64,000 nt of DNA from Azolla caroliniana (taxonomy: Eukaryota; Plantae; Polypodiophyta), in assembly GCA_043228905.1 (NCBI GenBank), contig JBHGNT010000017.1, forward strand, positions 5,022,001 through 5,086,000, given 5' to 3'. Below are positions 36,390 to 49,235 of this stretch, piece by piece. The notes beneath the pieces were generated by a model. The model saw only the letters and a program-made list of their open reading frames with translations. It made no database searches and was not told the origin of the DNA. Both the position numbers and the translations under genes were made by a program. Each line of letters starts with the position of its first letter. Positions within the stretch are counted from its first letter, which is position 1.

Positions 36390-39018
36390 ACGCTTTGAGA
36401 ATGTATGAGCATTCAAAGGTCACCACTAACTCTCCAACATTAACTATGTGTCATAGAATCATATTCTATGACACACAACTAATGAGGTTCCACATTTCCT
36501 ATGACACATGAGCTTCTATAGTTACTAGAGAGAGAATGGGTGTTTTAATGTAGAGAGAGGGTGACTTTGTATAAAGCACCCTCTTTTTGTATCCGATGGT
36601 TGGTTTCTATTGTATTTCTTACTCCTTGTTAATATACATTTGAGTTCTTTATTTCCTATCTATTTTGTGTCTCTTCTCTCCTCTTTCACACATACATCTC
36701 TAATCTATTCCGCATAACACAATTACTCTAGCTAATTATTTACACATCCATTAAAGAGGCCCCATTTGCCAACTACACTTTCATAACAGACGGGGGATGC
36801 AATTTCTTACTTAAGGGCAACTTTCGTCCCAACTTCACAGAATATTAAATAAATTGAATAAATTTAGTTTGAGACTAAGGATTTGTATATTTCCAAAGAT
36901 AATCTAATGGATCCCAATGTAGGTCCAACAACATTTTTTTTTAAAATACCCATAGTTGGCAAAATAACATACTATCAGAAGGAGAAGGATCTAAAATCCA
37001 TACCAATCACTCTCACTGGATGTTGCAATATCGTTTGCCAAAATGACGATTCCACATCAGTTTGCCATAATCTTCCTTGCTCAGATACATCAAAATAATA
37101 ACAGTCTCCTTGAGACGTTCCTTTTAATCCTATCATATCACCAATTGGAGGAAAGTATCCAAACCAAACATGCACAAAAGAAGGTGACCAATTAGAGAGA
37201 AAATCCCCTAAAGATAATTGAATTGCATCAAACATAGCTCTAAAACCCCTACACCTGGTAGCACCAAGCTGAGAATTATTAAGATGACAAACAAAATTTC
37301 CCCAAGAGGCTATCGTGGTAGCTATACCATTATCCAACTCAGCCCATTGTAACCGTTGTCTACTTCCAAGCAATACACCCCTCTCATTAGAAAAAATAAA
37401 ATTCCAAAGCAAAGGTTGCCTCAACAGTTCTTCATTCAAAGATGGGCATCTACGAATAAATAAAAAACTTGACATCATCCCATGCTTTACAAATGCCAAC
37501 CATAAAACCATCTTTCAAACCATGTATTCATCTCATGTTAAAAATTGACAAAAAAGCCCATCTTAGAGATGATTTCCTAAAAACACCAATAGACGGTTTA
37601 ATATCAACCAATCGGTTTCAAAGCAACTTAGGCATATACCTTGAGTAGGCAACATAGCCCTAACAACAAATTTTGCCAGAAGAGCCTTACATTGACTATC
37701 TTGGTCTACCAACCCTAAAGCACCACCAGATAATTGTGTTGTAAGTGTCGACAAAGCTACCTTCACAAGAGCATCATTATTACTTCTTCCTATCCAAATA
37801 AAGTTTCGAACTAGTCGTTGAATCTGCAACAAACAAGATCTAGAGAAAAAACATGTAGATGCAATATACCACATAGATGAAAGGAGAACCTGATTAGCTA
37901 TCATTACTCTTCCTGCTACAGACAACTCCGTAGTGTCCTAGATAAACATTGTTTTCCAAAGAGATAACATTAGCGGAGCTAACAATTGCACCTTATGTAT
38001 ATTTTTACCAACTTGATAGCCTAAGTAACAAACTGAAACTTCTTCTTTAATCCAATGAAAGGACTCAGATTGTCTCCATGATTGCAACGGCCATGTAGAA
38101 GCCCAAAAACCCACTGATTTACACCAATTAAAATTTGCACCAAAGGCAACACAAAAAAATTTCACTGCAGCCTGTGCTTTACACAAATTACCTTCTTTAG
38201 TATGCATGTATAATGCAGTATCTTATGCAAACTCCACATCTAAAATCATCTTATTATAGATTGGCGTGACCAACCCTTGGATCCTAGCACCTGTTGAAGT
38301 CAAATATGTTAAGAATACTTTTGAGTAATAGTGAGAAATAAGAAAGGGGCTAACGGGCACCCTTGGCAAATTGATCATGACATTTGAAATCTTCGTCCTC
38401 TACATCCTACTACTAAGATAGAACTATAAGCTAATCTATACAAAGTTTCCACTGCAATAATCGAAGCTTTTAGAAACCTTAATCTTCTCATCGCCTCTTC
38501 CAAAAAGTCCCAACTCACTCTATCATAGGCATTTTCAAAATCTAGCAATAAAATTACAAGGTCCTCCATCTTGGCCATAGCTGAAGCAAACAACTCCCAA
38601 AACAAAAAAACATTATCAAATATACTCCTATCTTGCATGAAACCTGTCTCAGAAGTATGAGTAATATCAGACAATAAAGGTTGCAAACGCAATGCCAATA
38701 CCTTAACATATATTTTATAAATTGTATTGAGTAATGTGATTGGCCACCATGCCCTAGTGTCCTTCGAAACTCAGTTGGAAATCAAGCTCATACTTGAAGG
38801 ACTTGAACACATTACATATGTGTTCATAGTTATTTGGCATAATCATCAACCCATTATCAATTTATTATATTACATTATTCAATAGTCAATATTAGTTAAT
38901 GATGAAGGTAATTGCATGTAGTATATGCATGCAAAAGTGGTGTGCATGCAAAACGCATGTGTTACAAGTGGTGTTCATCTAAAATTCCTTCACAAGTATA
39001 AAAAAGGTTAGAGGGTCT

Positions 39019-39860
39019 TGTTAGTATGTAGTTTTGAGTGGAGCCTAGTCATATGTGCAAGAACTCTTCCTCCCTATATTGTATATACATATTCTTTCAT
39101 TCTTATATTATAATATCTTGATTCTTACCTCTATGTCTACATCATTTGTTTATGTCTATGTTCCTATCTCTATATATGTATGTTATTTGTTTATCTTGTG
39201 GGCCTATTACGTCTTTCGTCATGTATATAGAGTTGTCAAAACTCTAACAAGTGGTATCAGAGCTACCATTAAAGCCTAAACATGATGGAGATCCCATCGC
39301 AACTGGAGAAACTTGACAAAGACAACTACCAACCGTGGAAGTTCCGTATGAGGAGTTGCCCGATTAGCAAAGATACAGAGCAACCTAGAGTTCCTTATCA
39401 AAGTTCGACGAAAGCTGAAATCGATGCTTATAATCAATGGAATACAAAGGATAAGACAGTGACTTTTATTTTGTCACATGACATCTTGAATTCTATGATA
39501 GGACATATACAAGATTTAGAAACTTCAAGGGAAGTATGGAATAGTCTAGAAAGATTATACACATCAACAACAAAAGCACAAAAGATTCAACTTAAAAATG
39601 AGTTGCACAATTTAAAAAATCACAGTCAATGGTGGTGAATGATTATGTTTTGAAGATTAAAAATGTTTCAAATGAACTAGCCTTGATAAGTAGTATCATT
39701 GATAATGATGATCTGGACGCATTTTGTCTAAATGGTTTAAGGGATGATGACAAGTGGAAGTCTTTCATCACATCAATATATGTAATAGACACTTTGCCTA
39801 ATTTGGATCAACTTGTTTCTCTTATGATAACGGAGGAGTTGAATCTACAATGTCTCATAA
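39019..39860 (+). mobile_element. Truncated Copia: 5' LTR, Met PBS and gag fragment
   Basis: Putative LTR TGTTAG...CTAACA 39019-39249. TGGTATCAGAGC at 39252-39263. gag EKLDKDNYQPWKFRM and KIQLKNELHNL. Confidence 0.8.
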
Positions 39861-39960
39861 AGACATACATTAACCAAGAATCAAACCCATAACTTCTTGG
39901 TCTATGTGTTGAACCCTTAACCATTGTAATAACATATATGAACATCGTCGATTGCCTGAC

Positions 39961-42900
39961 TGTGAATGTTAATGTGCGCAAACGTCAGACAGAACCGGCT
40001 CGGCCGGATAGCAACAAAAAATAAGATGAAGGTTTAATGGAAAAGCATAAAACACAGAGGAGACAGAGAGAGCAGAACATTCAACTATATTCAAAAATTA
40101 ACTCTAAAACTTTGTACATACAACGTGCTAAACAACACTATTTATACATGTCCATAAAGGATTGACAGGAGTACTGACAGGTACAATGCTCACACGTACG
40201 ACTGGCACTAACTACAAGACAATGATTACCTAGTAGTCTAGGCTACTACTAGGCTTCCGATTCCAGCTCGAATCCGGCTCATCCTTCCGGATGCCGATCC
40301 GGATCCGGTTGAGCTTGCTCACTCAACACTCCCCCTCAAGCTCAACTTGAGGTCGGATCGTGGTGTTAGTGTCCCCGGCAACCGGTTCTTCTACCTAGCT
40401 CCTTCTGGCATTGCTCCACCTCGCTCGCGTTCCTCGTCTAGTCCGCTCTTATTTACCACGACCCTTCTGGCTCTGCACACCTCGACCTCCTCGGTCAGCT
40501 TGTCTGCTCAACATGCCCATTTCAGCTCCCTCGCTGTTGCGACTCCGGCGCTTGTCGACCCGTCGGTTCCTTCGTGTTGGCGTCGACTTCCGCTACGTTC
40601 GTATCCGATTGGCCTTTAGTTGATCCGGCTTCTCCGAATCTTGAACTGAATTGGTTTCCTTCGATTTGTTCCAACTCTTGTCTGAGTCGGTGTTCTCCAA
40701 CTCGTCTTCCGGTTTAAGGCCCTTCACCACATCGGACCACGCCCGGGTCTTGGCCGTTTTCTTCTTGTCGGCTCTATCCTTCTTGACTCTGCCACAGTTG
40801 CTGCTTGTTCCGACCTTTTCGGATGTGCCGACTCCTTCAGTCGGCTCGGCTTCCTTTTTCCTCTTGTCTCCCCCTTTGTTGGTTCTTTCTTCCTCTCCGG
40901 CTCCTTGTCCAGTACCATCCGTTCCCTTTCCTTTTCTCCCCTTCAAGTGCGGCACGTCGAGATGCTGAACACCAAGCATTTCGATGAAGTGCTGCAACTT
41001 GTCCGATCCGAGCGGTTTGGTGAAGATATCGGCAATTTGCCGATTTGTCTGAACATACCGAAGTTCTACTTCACCGCTCAAAACCTGCTCATGCACAAAG
41101 TGATAGTGGACTTCTATGTGCTTCGTCTGAGCTTGGAAAACAGGGTTCTTGGCGAGCTGAATGCTGCTCATGTTGTCACAATAGAGCAGGATCAAGGTCG
41201 GAACCTCAAACGGCAGGTCTTGCAGCAGTCGCCAAAGCCAGATGGCTTCATAGGTGGCATTGGTAGTGCCCCGGTATTCAGCCGTAGTGCTTGACAGAGC
41301 CACTATTGGCTGCTTTTTGCTGCTCCACGCAACAACCACACTACCTAGAGAAAACAGGTAACCGGAGGTGGATCGGCGATCTGATGCATCACCGGCCCAG
41401 TCCGCATCGGTATATCCAACTAGTGCTTCGGTTATACCATGCCGGTATAATAGTCCCCGGTCCTTCGTGCCGCTCACATACCGAAGTATCCGGTGTGCGC
41501 ATTGAAGGTGCTCAACAATCGGCTTCTACATGAACTGGTTGATTACTTTGACCGGGTAACTGAGGTCTGGTCGAGTGATTGTCAAGTATATCAGGCTTCC
41601 GACGATTTGTCGGAACCGTTTCTCATCGCAAGCCGGTCCGGAGTTGGGACAGAGCTTCTCGTTCCGGTCTAGGGGTGTGGAGACAGGTCGGCAATCCGTC
41701 ATACCGATTTTGTACAGCATATTCAACACATAGTGTTGTTGTGAGAGCAATATGCCGTCGGGAGTTCGGATCACCTCGATCCCAAGAAAATAATGAAGGT
41801 CCCCCAAGTCCTTCATTTCAAATGCGTCCGACAGTTGGGACTTTACTCGGCCGATTTCATTGAGTCCAGGTCCGGTGATGACTAAATCATCAACATAAAG
41901 TAGGATGCAAACCGGACCGTTTGGACCTTGCCAGATGAACGAGGAGTCGGATTTAGAGGTCACAAACCCCATCTTACGCAACCGGTGTGTGATCTTCGCA
42001 TTCCAAGCTCGGGGGGCTTGTTTCAGACCGTAAAGCGACTTCTTGAGCCGACACACCGCCGACTTGTTCATCTCCGACTAAAAACCGGGAGGTTGGATCA
42101 TATAGACCCGTTCTTCAAGGTCACCTTGAGGAAACACATTCTTCACATCCATCTAGTGAAGATGCCACCCCCTTGCCGCCAATACCACACGAACCGTCAT
42201 CATCTTCACTGTTGGGGCGAAGGTCTTGTCGTAATCGACTCCCTGGGTCTATGTGTATCCCTTCGCCACTAATCGGGCCTTGTACCGGTGAACCGAACCA
42301 TCGGCATTGTACTTTACCTTGTACAACCATTTGCAACCGATCGGTTTACAATGTTGGGGAGGGTCAACAAGGTCCCATGTGTCGTTGGCATCTAGTGCCC
42401 GCATTTCTTCCTCCATAGCGGCACGCCAATTTGCATCCTTTGCCGCTTCTGCGTAGCTCTCCAGCTCACGCACTTCCGCCACCTTAGTCATGAACACATA
42501 ATGATGCGTCATGTACTCATTGTACCCATACCGCGTAACGGGGTTCTTCAGGCGGGAAGACCGGCGTAACTTGGTATTACCCGGTTTGGGGCCCTTCTTG
42601 GCTAGATCGGACTTCGTTCCTGAAGATCCGCCTTCATCCTTTCTGGAGTCGTATTCACTCCGATCCAACTCAACGTTGTCGGTTTTATATTCCAGCATCT
42701 CCTTCTGCCCCTTCTCTTTGCATGCGAACCATCTCCTTGGTTCCTTGCGCGGGGAGAGCATGAAAGAGTCTCCACTACTCGTCGGTTCCTCATCCAACTG
42801 GTCATCCCGACTCAGCCGCTCATTCGGTCCACTTAGCCGGAATGAGATCGGACTCTCTTCTAGAGTGCCGAGGTCTTCATCTTCTACCTGGACCTCCTCG

Positions 42901-44198
42901 GGCTCACTAGCCTCATCTTCCGGAATCGGGTCTTCGTCGGGAGTTGGAGTCGGTAAGGAGTACCATGATGCCGTCTCATCAAATTTGACATCTCGGCTTA
43001 CTCAAACCTACTTAGTCCGGGGGTTATAGCACTTATACCACTTTTGCTTGTGCGAGTAACTGACTAGAATGCAATTCTCCGATTTTGGATCAAGCTTCCT
43101 CTGCTTCTCATCCGGTACATGCACATATGTTGTGCTACCGAATATCCGAAGGTGTCTCAAATTCGGCTTTCGCCTGAAATACAGCTTATGTGCTGCAACC
43201 TTGTCACCGATTCGATTTTGGATGTAGACGGTCGTCCGGACCGCCTCGGCCTAGTATAAATGGGGCATGCTCTTCTCCTCCAGTATTGCCCTTGCCGCGT
43301 CGACAATCGACCAGTTCTTCCTTTCAGCCACACCATTTTGCTCCGGTGTGTACCTGCAACTGAATTCTCTCTGAATTCCGTTCTGTTGCAGATAACTATT
43401 GAATTGGCCGGAAAAGTATTCTTTCCCGCCATCCAACCACAAGCACTTGATCTTCCTCTTTGTTTCCTGTTTAACCAAGCTTTGAAGGTTCCAGAAACAC
43501 TCGAGGACTTCGCTCTTCCTCTCGATGAGGTAGATCCACATATGCTGGCTGTAGTCATCGATGAAGGAGACGAAATACTGACTCCTACCAAGATTAACGT
43601 TTTGTGTCGGTCCCCATACATCCGAATGGATTAAATTGAGCTTGTTATGGCTCCAGTTTCGATCGGTGGGGAATGGAAGTCGGTGTTGCTTCCCGAGTTG
43701 GCAAGCTTCACAAATTTCGGCCTTCCGGCCACTAAATTTCGGCAAACCAAAAACAACTTGTTTCGACTGCAGGTCTTGAAGCCTCCGATAATTGGCGTGG
43801 CCGATCCACTTGTGCCACAGGTCGATGTCCGATTCGACCTTCGGCCCTTCTGCCGACATCATTAGTGTTGAGGATGAACATCCTCCCGTCTCTGCACCCT
43901 TGCGCAATTATCCGGCCCTCTTCCTCGATGAAGCACCGTACATGCGTAAACCGCACCTGCATCCCCTGGTCGACGATTTTCCCAACTGACACCAGGTTCT
44001 TTATGATAGTCAAAATGTGTAGTATGTTCATCAGCTTCCCCTTTTCTCCGACATGGCTTAAAGGGACTTCTCCGACATGCACAATTGGGTGAGGGGTGTC
44101 GTCTCTGGTTTCGACAATCATCGGTTGTTCCGGTTTCTCCAAAAAAGAGAACCACTTTTCATGGTTTGTCATGTGGTTGGATGCTCCGGAATCAACGT
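39961..44198 (-). mobile_element. Copia-3 (3' LTR, RNase H, RT, integrase, protease; 5' part lost)
   Basis: LTR about 39961-40328 with adjacent PPT. Motifs YVDD, DADWAG, HSDVWGP. Protease VDSGASNHMT abuts the Gypsy C LTR at 44199. Confidence 0.88.
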
Positions 44199-47100
44199 TG
44201 TCGTGCCTTTCGGAGCCGGATCGTTTGCGTGAGTCGGGTGGGAACCGCTGGGGTTTTGGACTAGGAGAAAGAAGAATATGAGATAATGTTAGTTAGGATG
44301 AGATTGTAAGAAGAAGATATGAAACTCGTGAATCCCGCGAGTATAATGTATTAATGGGTAATTAGATTGTAAGAGAGAACTAGATGGTAAAATCGTGAAT
44401 CCCACGAATATTTTGTATTAAACAATCATTCTAAAATAAAATCAACAACCCTATACATCTTCCTCTCTTCCTTATATACTATTGGAATAGTCTAAGTTTA
44501 TCACATGCAAGCATCATGCTTTTCCTAACTTTAGTTTTCATGCACACTACATGTGCATAATTAGCTTTCTATCCCATCTTTTCTTTTAACTCGAGTGTGT
44601 ATGCATGAATAACTTTTTGTACCATGCATATCTAGAATATTTACATGGGACATAGTTTAGTATACTTTTTAAAATTCATAGTATGCTAGTATAGTGGTAA
44701 GGCTGAGGTTTGTCTACATGGAGGTACATGGTTCGAATCCTGCCCTATGCACGTAATAAATATTTTTAGTACTATTATTATTTTTTTATTATACGTACTT
44801 TAAATCGGATATAGTGTTTTACATATTTCACGTAGTGTGCAATTCACACTATGACACTTGCCCCCTCCGAACCCGCACATTCTCCGGTATGTGCCGAAGT
44901 CCCCGATGCTTGTTATTCACCTTCATCCGAAACTTCCTCCGATTCTCCCCTTAAGTCGACTATGAGTTGTAATCCACTTTCTTCGCTTTCTGCATCAGCA
45001 CGATCTTCGTCCGATTGCTCCTTCTTGTCGGTCTTATCTAGGATCACATAGGGTTCTTCATAAGTCCGCTTTTTGAAAATCTTCACCCGTTTCCCGGCTA
45101 TAGGCACTCGTAGTATCGTTCCATCCAACTCGCATAGTCGGTAAGTTCCGTTGTCGAAAACTTTCCGAACCTCGTATGGCCCGAACTACCTTTTCGCGAA
45201 CTTCCGCATCGTTGTATGTTGATGATCCAAACTACTATCGTAGACAATCACCCAATCTCCTTCTTCAATCTGCCGCGGTCGTAGTCTGTGCTTTGCGTTG
45301 AACTGGCTTTTATTCCGGAAGCGCGCTTCTTGTTGTCAGCGTATTACTTCCGCTATGTCTTCCGGTCTTCCCTCTAGTTGTCATATCTGGACCGCTAGTA
45401 GTTCTTCCCGGCTCATCTCTTCCTTCCACGGTAGCACTGTCCATGTCGCGATCGCGGTTTCTGTTGGCATTACCGGTGCTTGTCCGGTCATGAGTTCTGT
45501 CGGCATGTAACCGGTTACGGAGCTATGCGTCGTCCGATCCACACATAGTGCATACAGGAGCATCTGCGGCCAATCCTTCACCCTTCCGTCGCATGCTTTG
45601 GCAAGTGCTTTGACGATCAGACTATGTCCTCGTTCGATTTTCCCGTTGGCCTCCGGATTGTATGTCGTTGTTAGTGTTAACTGAACTCCATGTTTGGTGA
45701 AGAATTCCTTAGCTTTATCAGAGTCAAGTTCTCCCCGATCCGCAATCACTTGTCCTACGCACCCGTACTTGCAAAACACCTCCTCCAAAAGAAATTGGCA
45801 TACCGCAGAACACATTTTCCTTTGTAGCGCCCAACCTTCTACTTGGTTTGTGAGATCTTCCCGAGCTAACACCAAGTACTTCTTTTGTCCGATCCCGGTT
45901 GGCATGGCTACAATATCGACAATCCACTTGAAGTTGATTGTCGGTGAGAATGTCAGATGTAACTCATCTCGGTGTCGAACTCCGGAGTAGATTTGACACT
46001 TCTCGCAGCTTTCCGTGAACTCCACTATATCTTTGTACATGTTCTTCCACCAATATTTTTGTTTGATCTTCACAAAAGTTTCCCATGTTCCTCGATGTGC
46101 AGCCCAATCGGATTCGTGAAATTCGGACATTATCCGGTTTCATTGCTCTTTCGTCCCGACTACCCGAAGTGGTATGCCATTTGGTCTTTTCGGCTCCCTC
46201 TATATTAATCCATTTTTCAAGAAGAACTTTCAAACTTCCCGCTTCTTACTTCAGATCTTGGCTCTCTTCTCTTTATTTTCCGATGATTCCTTGATTTCTT
46301 GTAGCACTTTCCCGATCAGCAAGCTTTCTCCCTCGTATTCTTCTTCCCGGAATTCTCGAATTACGTTCACCCGGCATATGTGCTCCGAAACAAAGTAGTC
46401 TTCGGAAACTTCTTCATTATCGGATTCAGTTATGTCATAACCGAACCGCGCCCTTGATAGCATATCCGCTACCACGTTGTCTTTTCTGGAGATGTGTCGT
46501 ACCTCCGGATTAAGTGACTTAACATATGCAATCCACCTTAGCATAGCCACATCTGGTATCGTGCAACACCGCATCATCCCGAGTATCGAAAAACATTCTG
46601 TTTCGATCACTACTTCGGCTCCGATCAAATAATCTCGATCCGATTTTATTGCCGACACGACTCCCTATAATTCTCTTTTGACTTGTGCATATCCGCATTT
46701 CCTTTCATTGAGAACCTTTGCTCCGAATTGGATCGGATATCGCGAACCATCCGAGTCGGCTTGATTGATGACCCATCCGATTCTGGTTGGACTTGTGTAA
46801 ACCGTTACTATGATCGGTCGGTCATAGTTCGGCTTCTTCACGGCTTCTTCACGGCTTCGGTATGCTCCGGTTTCCATTCGAACTTCTTACCCTTCCGCAA
46901 CAAGTGATAGAGTGGGTCCGCAATATGTGCATAGTGCGGAATCCATATGTGATAGAATGCACGTGCTCCAAAAAACCTTCGGACTTCGGATTGTGACTCG
47001 CATAGTTCTTTCATAGCTTGAATCACATCGATCTTGGTTGGTGACGGTCTTCGGCCGTAGGGGCCACATAGATGTCCGACTACCAATATTTCTTCTTGCC

Positions 47101-49235
47101 TGAATGCCGATTTCTCACCGGAAAGTGTTAGGTGCACATCTTCTAACTTTCGAAGCACTTTCTCGCAATCACGAATATGGTCAACTACGAATTTTCGGCA
47201 TCCCCGATCATCCTTAGTTTCATCTTTTTCTTCTACCGCGTATCCTTTCATCGGAATGGCATCTAGGAATGGCATCGTTATCTCTAGAATGCAATCTCGA
47301 AGCACCTTGTTCATTGCATTCATCATATGTGCCACCGAGTTCGCCACGCCTTGTGGTAGCGTACACATCCGGACTAATCCTATCGGTGTCTGCATGGTAG
47401 TGATGTCTCGGCTCTCCACGGCTAGTTGGAATTGGTCATACCCCAAGTATAGGTCTCCGATGGAGTATATCGTACGACCAGGAAATGCTTCCACAAATTC
47501 GTCCACTATCGGACCAAGTCCGGAGTTCCGGATCATGACCTTATTCACCGGTTGCAAGTCTTGGATAAATTGGAGTGACCCATTCTTCTTCGGAACCGTA
47601 AACCATCGATTTGAGTACGGAGCGTTTGATGGCTCTAGAATCCCCATCACCACCTTCTCCTTGAGCAAGTCGATGATTTTGGGAATATGCGCCCGCGGCA
47701 CCGGAATCAGCTTCAGGTTCCACGACACATGGTCAATCGTGAAGATCACCATTGGCTCCACTATCTTCGGATCAACGCATCCTATCTCCTTCGATGTGAA
47801 TGCAAATGCTTTCCCATGTTGTTCCAACATCCCACAAAATCGTTCTTCTTCATTTTGTAAAAGGAAACCACCTCCACCGATCCGAAGTTTCTTCCGAGTC
47901 TCATCCGTGAAGGCATATCCGATATCCACGAACTTCCGAAATGTCGGATCTCCTGAGACTTCTTTCCTCTTTTGTTCACTATCGGCGGATAGTGGTCCCG
48001 CGGTCGGTTTCACCTTCTTCCCCACGGTCTTGTATTTCGTACTTACCATTGCTTCTTCTTTGCGGAGTGCATCCAGCCCCATTTTCGCAATGATCTCGTA
48101 CATCTCGACCAATTCCACCGGGACTACCCGGTCTCCTTGGCTTGTATCCTCCACAAGCTCTTCAAGCCGTTGTAGTGTGCTCCCATATAACACTACTTCG
48201 ATTACCCCCACGATTTCTTCGTCTTCTTTTATTATTGATGCCGACCGCAACTTATCCTCTACTTTTCAGTATTCTTTCTTCTTTCCTCCAGTTATGGCCG
48301 TGTACGTAGATGCCCCATATGGACCGATTCATACTTGTTTTGCTTCGAGAGTTTTCTTCCTGTGTGGGGTATCAGGGCTTCTCGGACTATCACTTCCCCA
48401 CTCCACAACAGTCCGCTCTAAAAATCCATCCTTGTTTGGGACAAGAGCTCTCTCTTGTTCCTTTCATGATTTGCCGGCATATTTAGGAATTGGACAGATT
48501 TCCCTCCACTTTGGCTCCGAATTCGTGCGAAAACCGCACAGCTATCGAGGATCACGGAATGGTTGCCCAAGGATCACGGAATGTGAGACCTCGTCTTGTA
48601 CGAAGAAATTTTGGTCGATCTCGACATCCCCGATCTTCACCGTCACATCGAAAGGTCCGGATGTTCAGGTATGTATCTTGTTATATGCAGATGATCTAGT
48701 CATAACCGGACCTAGACTTGCTGATAGATCTTCCATTGCTTTAGTGGTTGCCCGAATCTTCCATCCATGGTTAGTGTTTATAGGCCACTTCCCCTTCCGG
48801 TAGAACTCCTTGGACATCAAATTGATCTCTGATCCATGATCAATCAATGCTAGCACAGGCTCTTTGATGTTGCCGATTCGGACCGGAGTCTCCGTAGTTG
48901 CACGTGCCCAGTGTGGCCTTGTGTAGTGGGAGTTCAGTATTTCGTCCTCAACTTCGGTGTCATTCATTAAGACGATATTTGCATTCACCCTTGGAGCATT
49001 TTCCTCCGTACTTCGTCTTTTCCTCTTCACGAGATCCACAAGAAGATCGTGGAACTCCTTCACTATTCCGAGTAATTCCCGAAGCGAAAATTCTACCCGA
49101 CTATCGAGGATTCTATCTTCGAACACCTTTTTTAAGTCTGTTTGTTGTTCGATGTCCGAGGCGAGCTTGAATGGCTTAATCGTCTTTGCTTTTCCCTTCC
49201 CTCCGGAGTTCCAACTTTCCAGTGTCTTTGATGGT
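44199..49235 (-). mobile_element. Gypsy C (same lineage as B): 3' LTR, integrase, RNase H, RT, protease; 5' truncated
   Basis: LTR TGTCGTG...ATGACA 44199-44856, left flank ACGT. PPT 44857-44868. Integrase (IADRGEL, YNPEANGKIERGH), RT (FIQDLQPVN, LPQGVANS), protease LIDHGSEIN. Confidence 0.9.

Larger units (their letters stand above)
30584..36744 (+). mobile_element. Copia-type solo LTR (30584-30627 plus 36394-36744), TSD CATCC, split by element E
   Basis: CATCC at 30579-30583 and 36745-36749. Homologous to the LTR starting at 62876. Confidence 0.82.
30270..38760 (-). mobile_element. Degenerate L1-type LINE ORF2, split by an LTR insertion (30584-36744)
   Basis: RT motifs LDFENAYDRVSW and QGCPLAP (about 38345-38560), SVAGRVMIANQVL, zf-RVT-like IPKKIVLFCWLL (30364-30549). 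Many stops. Ends approximate. Confidence 0.85.

Noticed and set aside
47256-48803. 515-aa plus-strand ORF containing YADD
   Set aside because: Antisense to the Gypsy RT. The YADD comes from a 70-bp inverted Copia patch, not a coherent RT.
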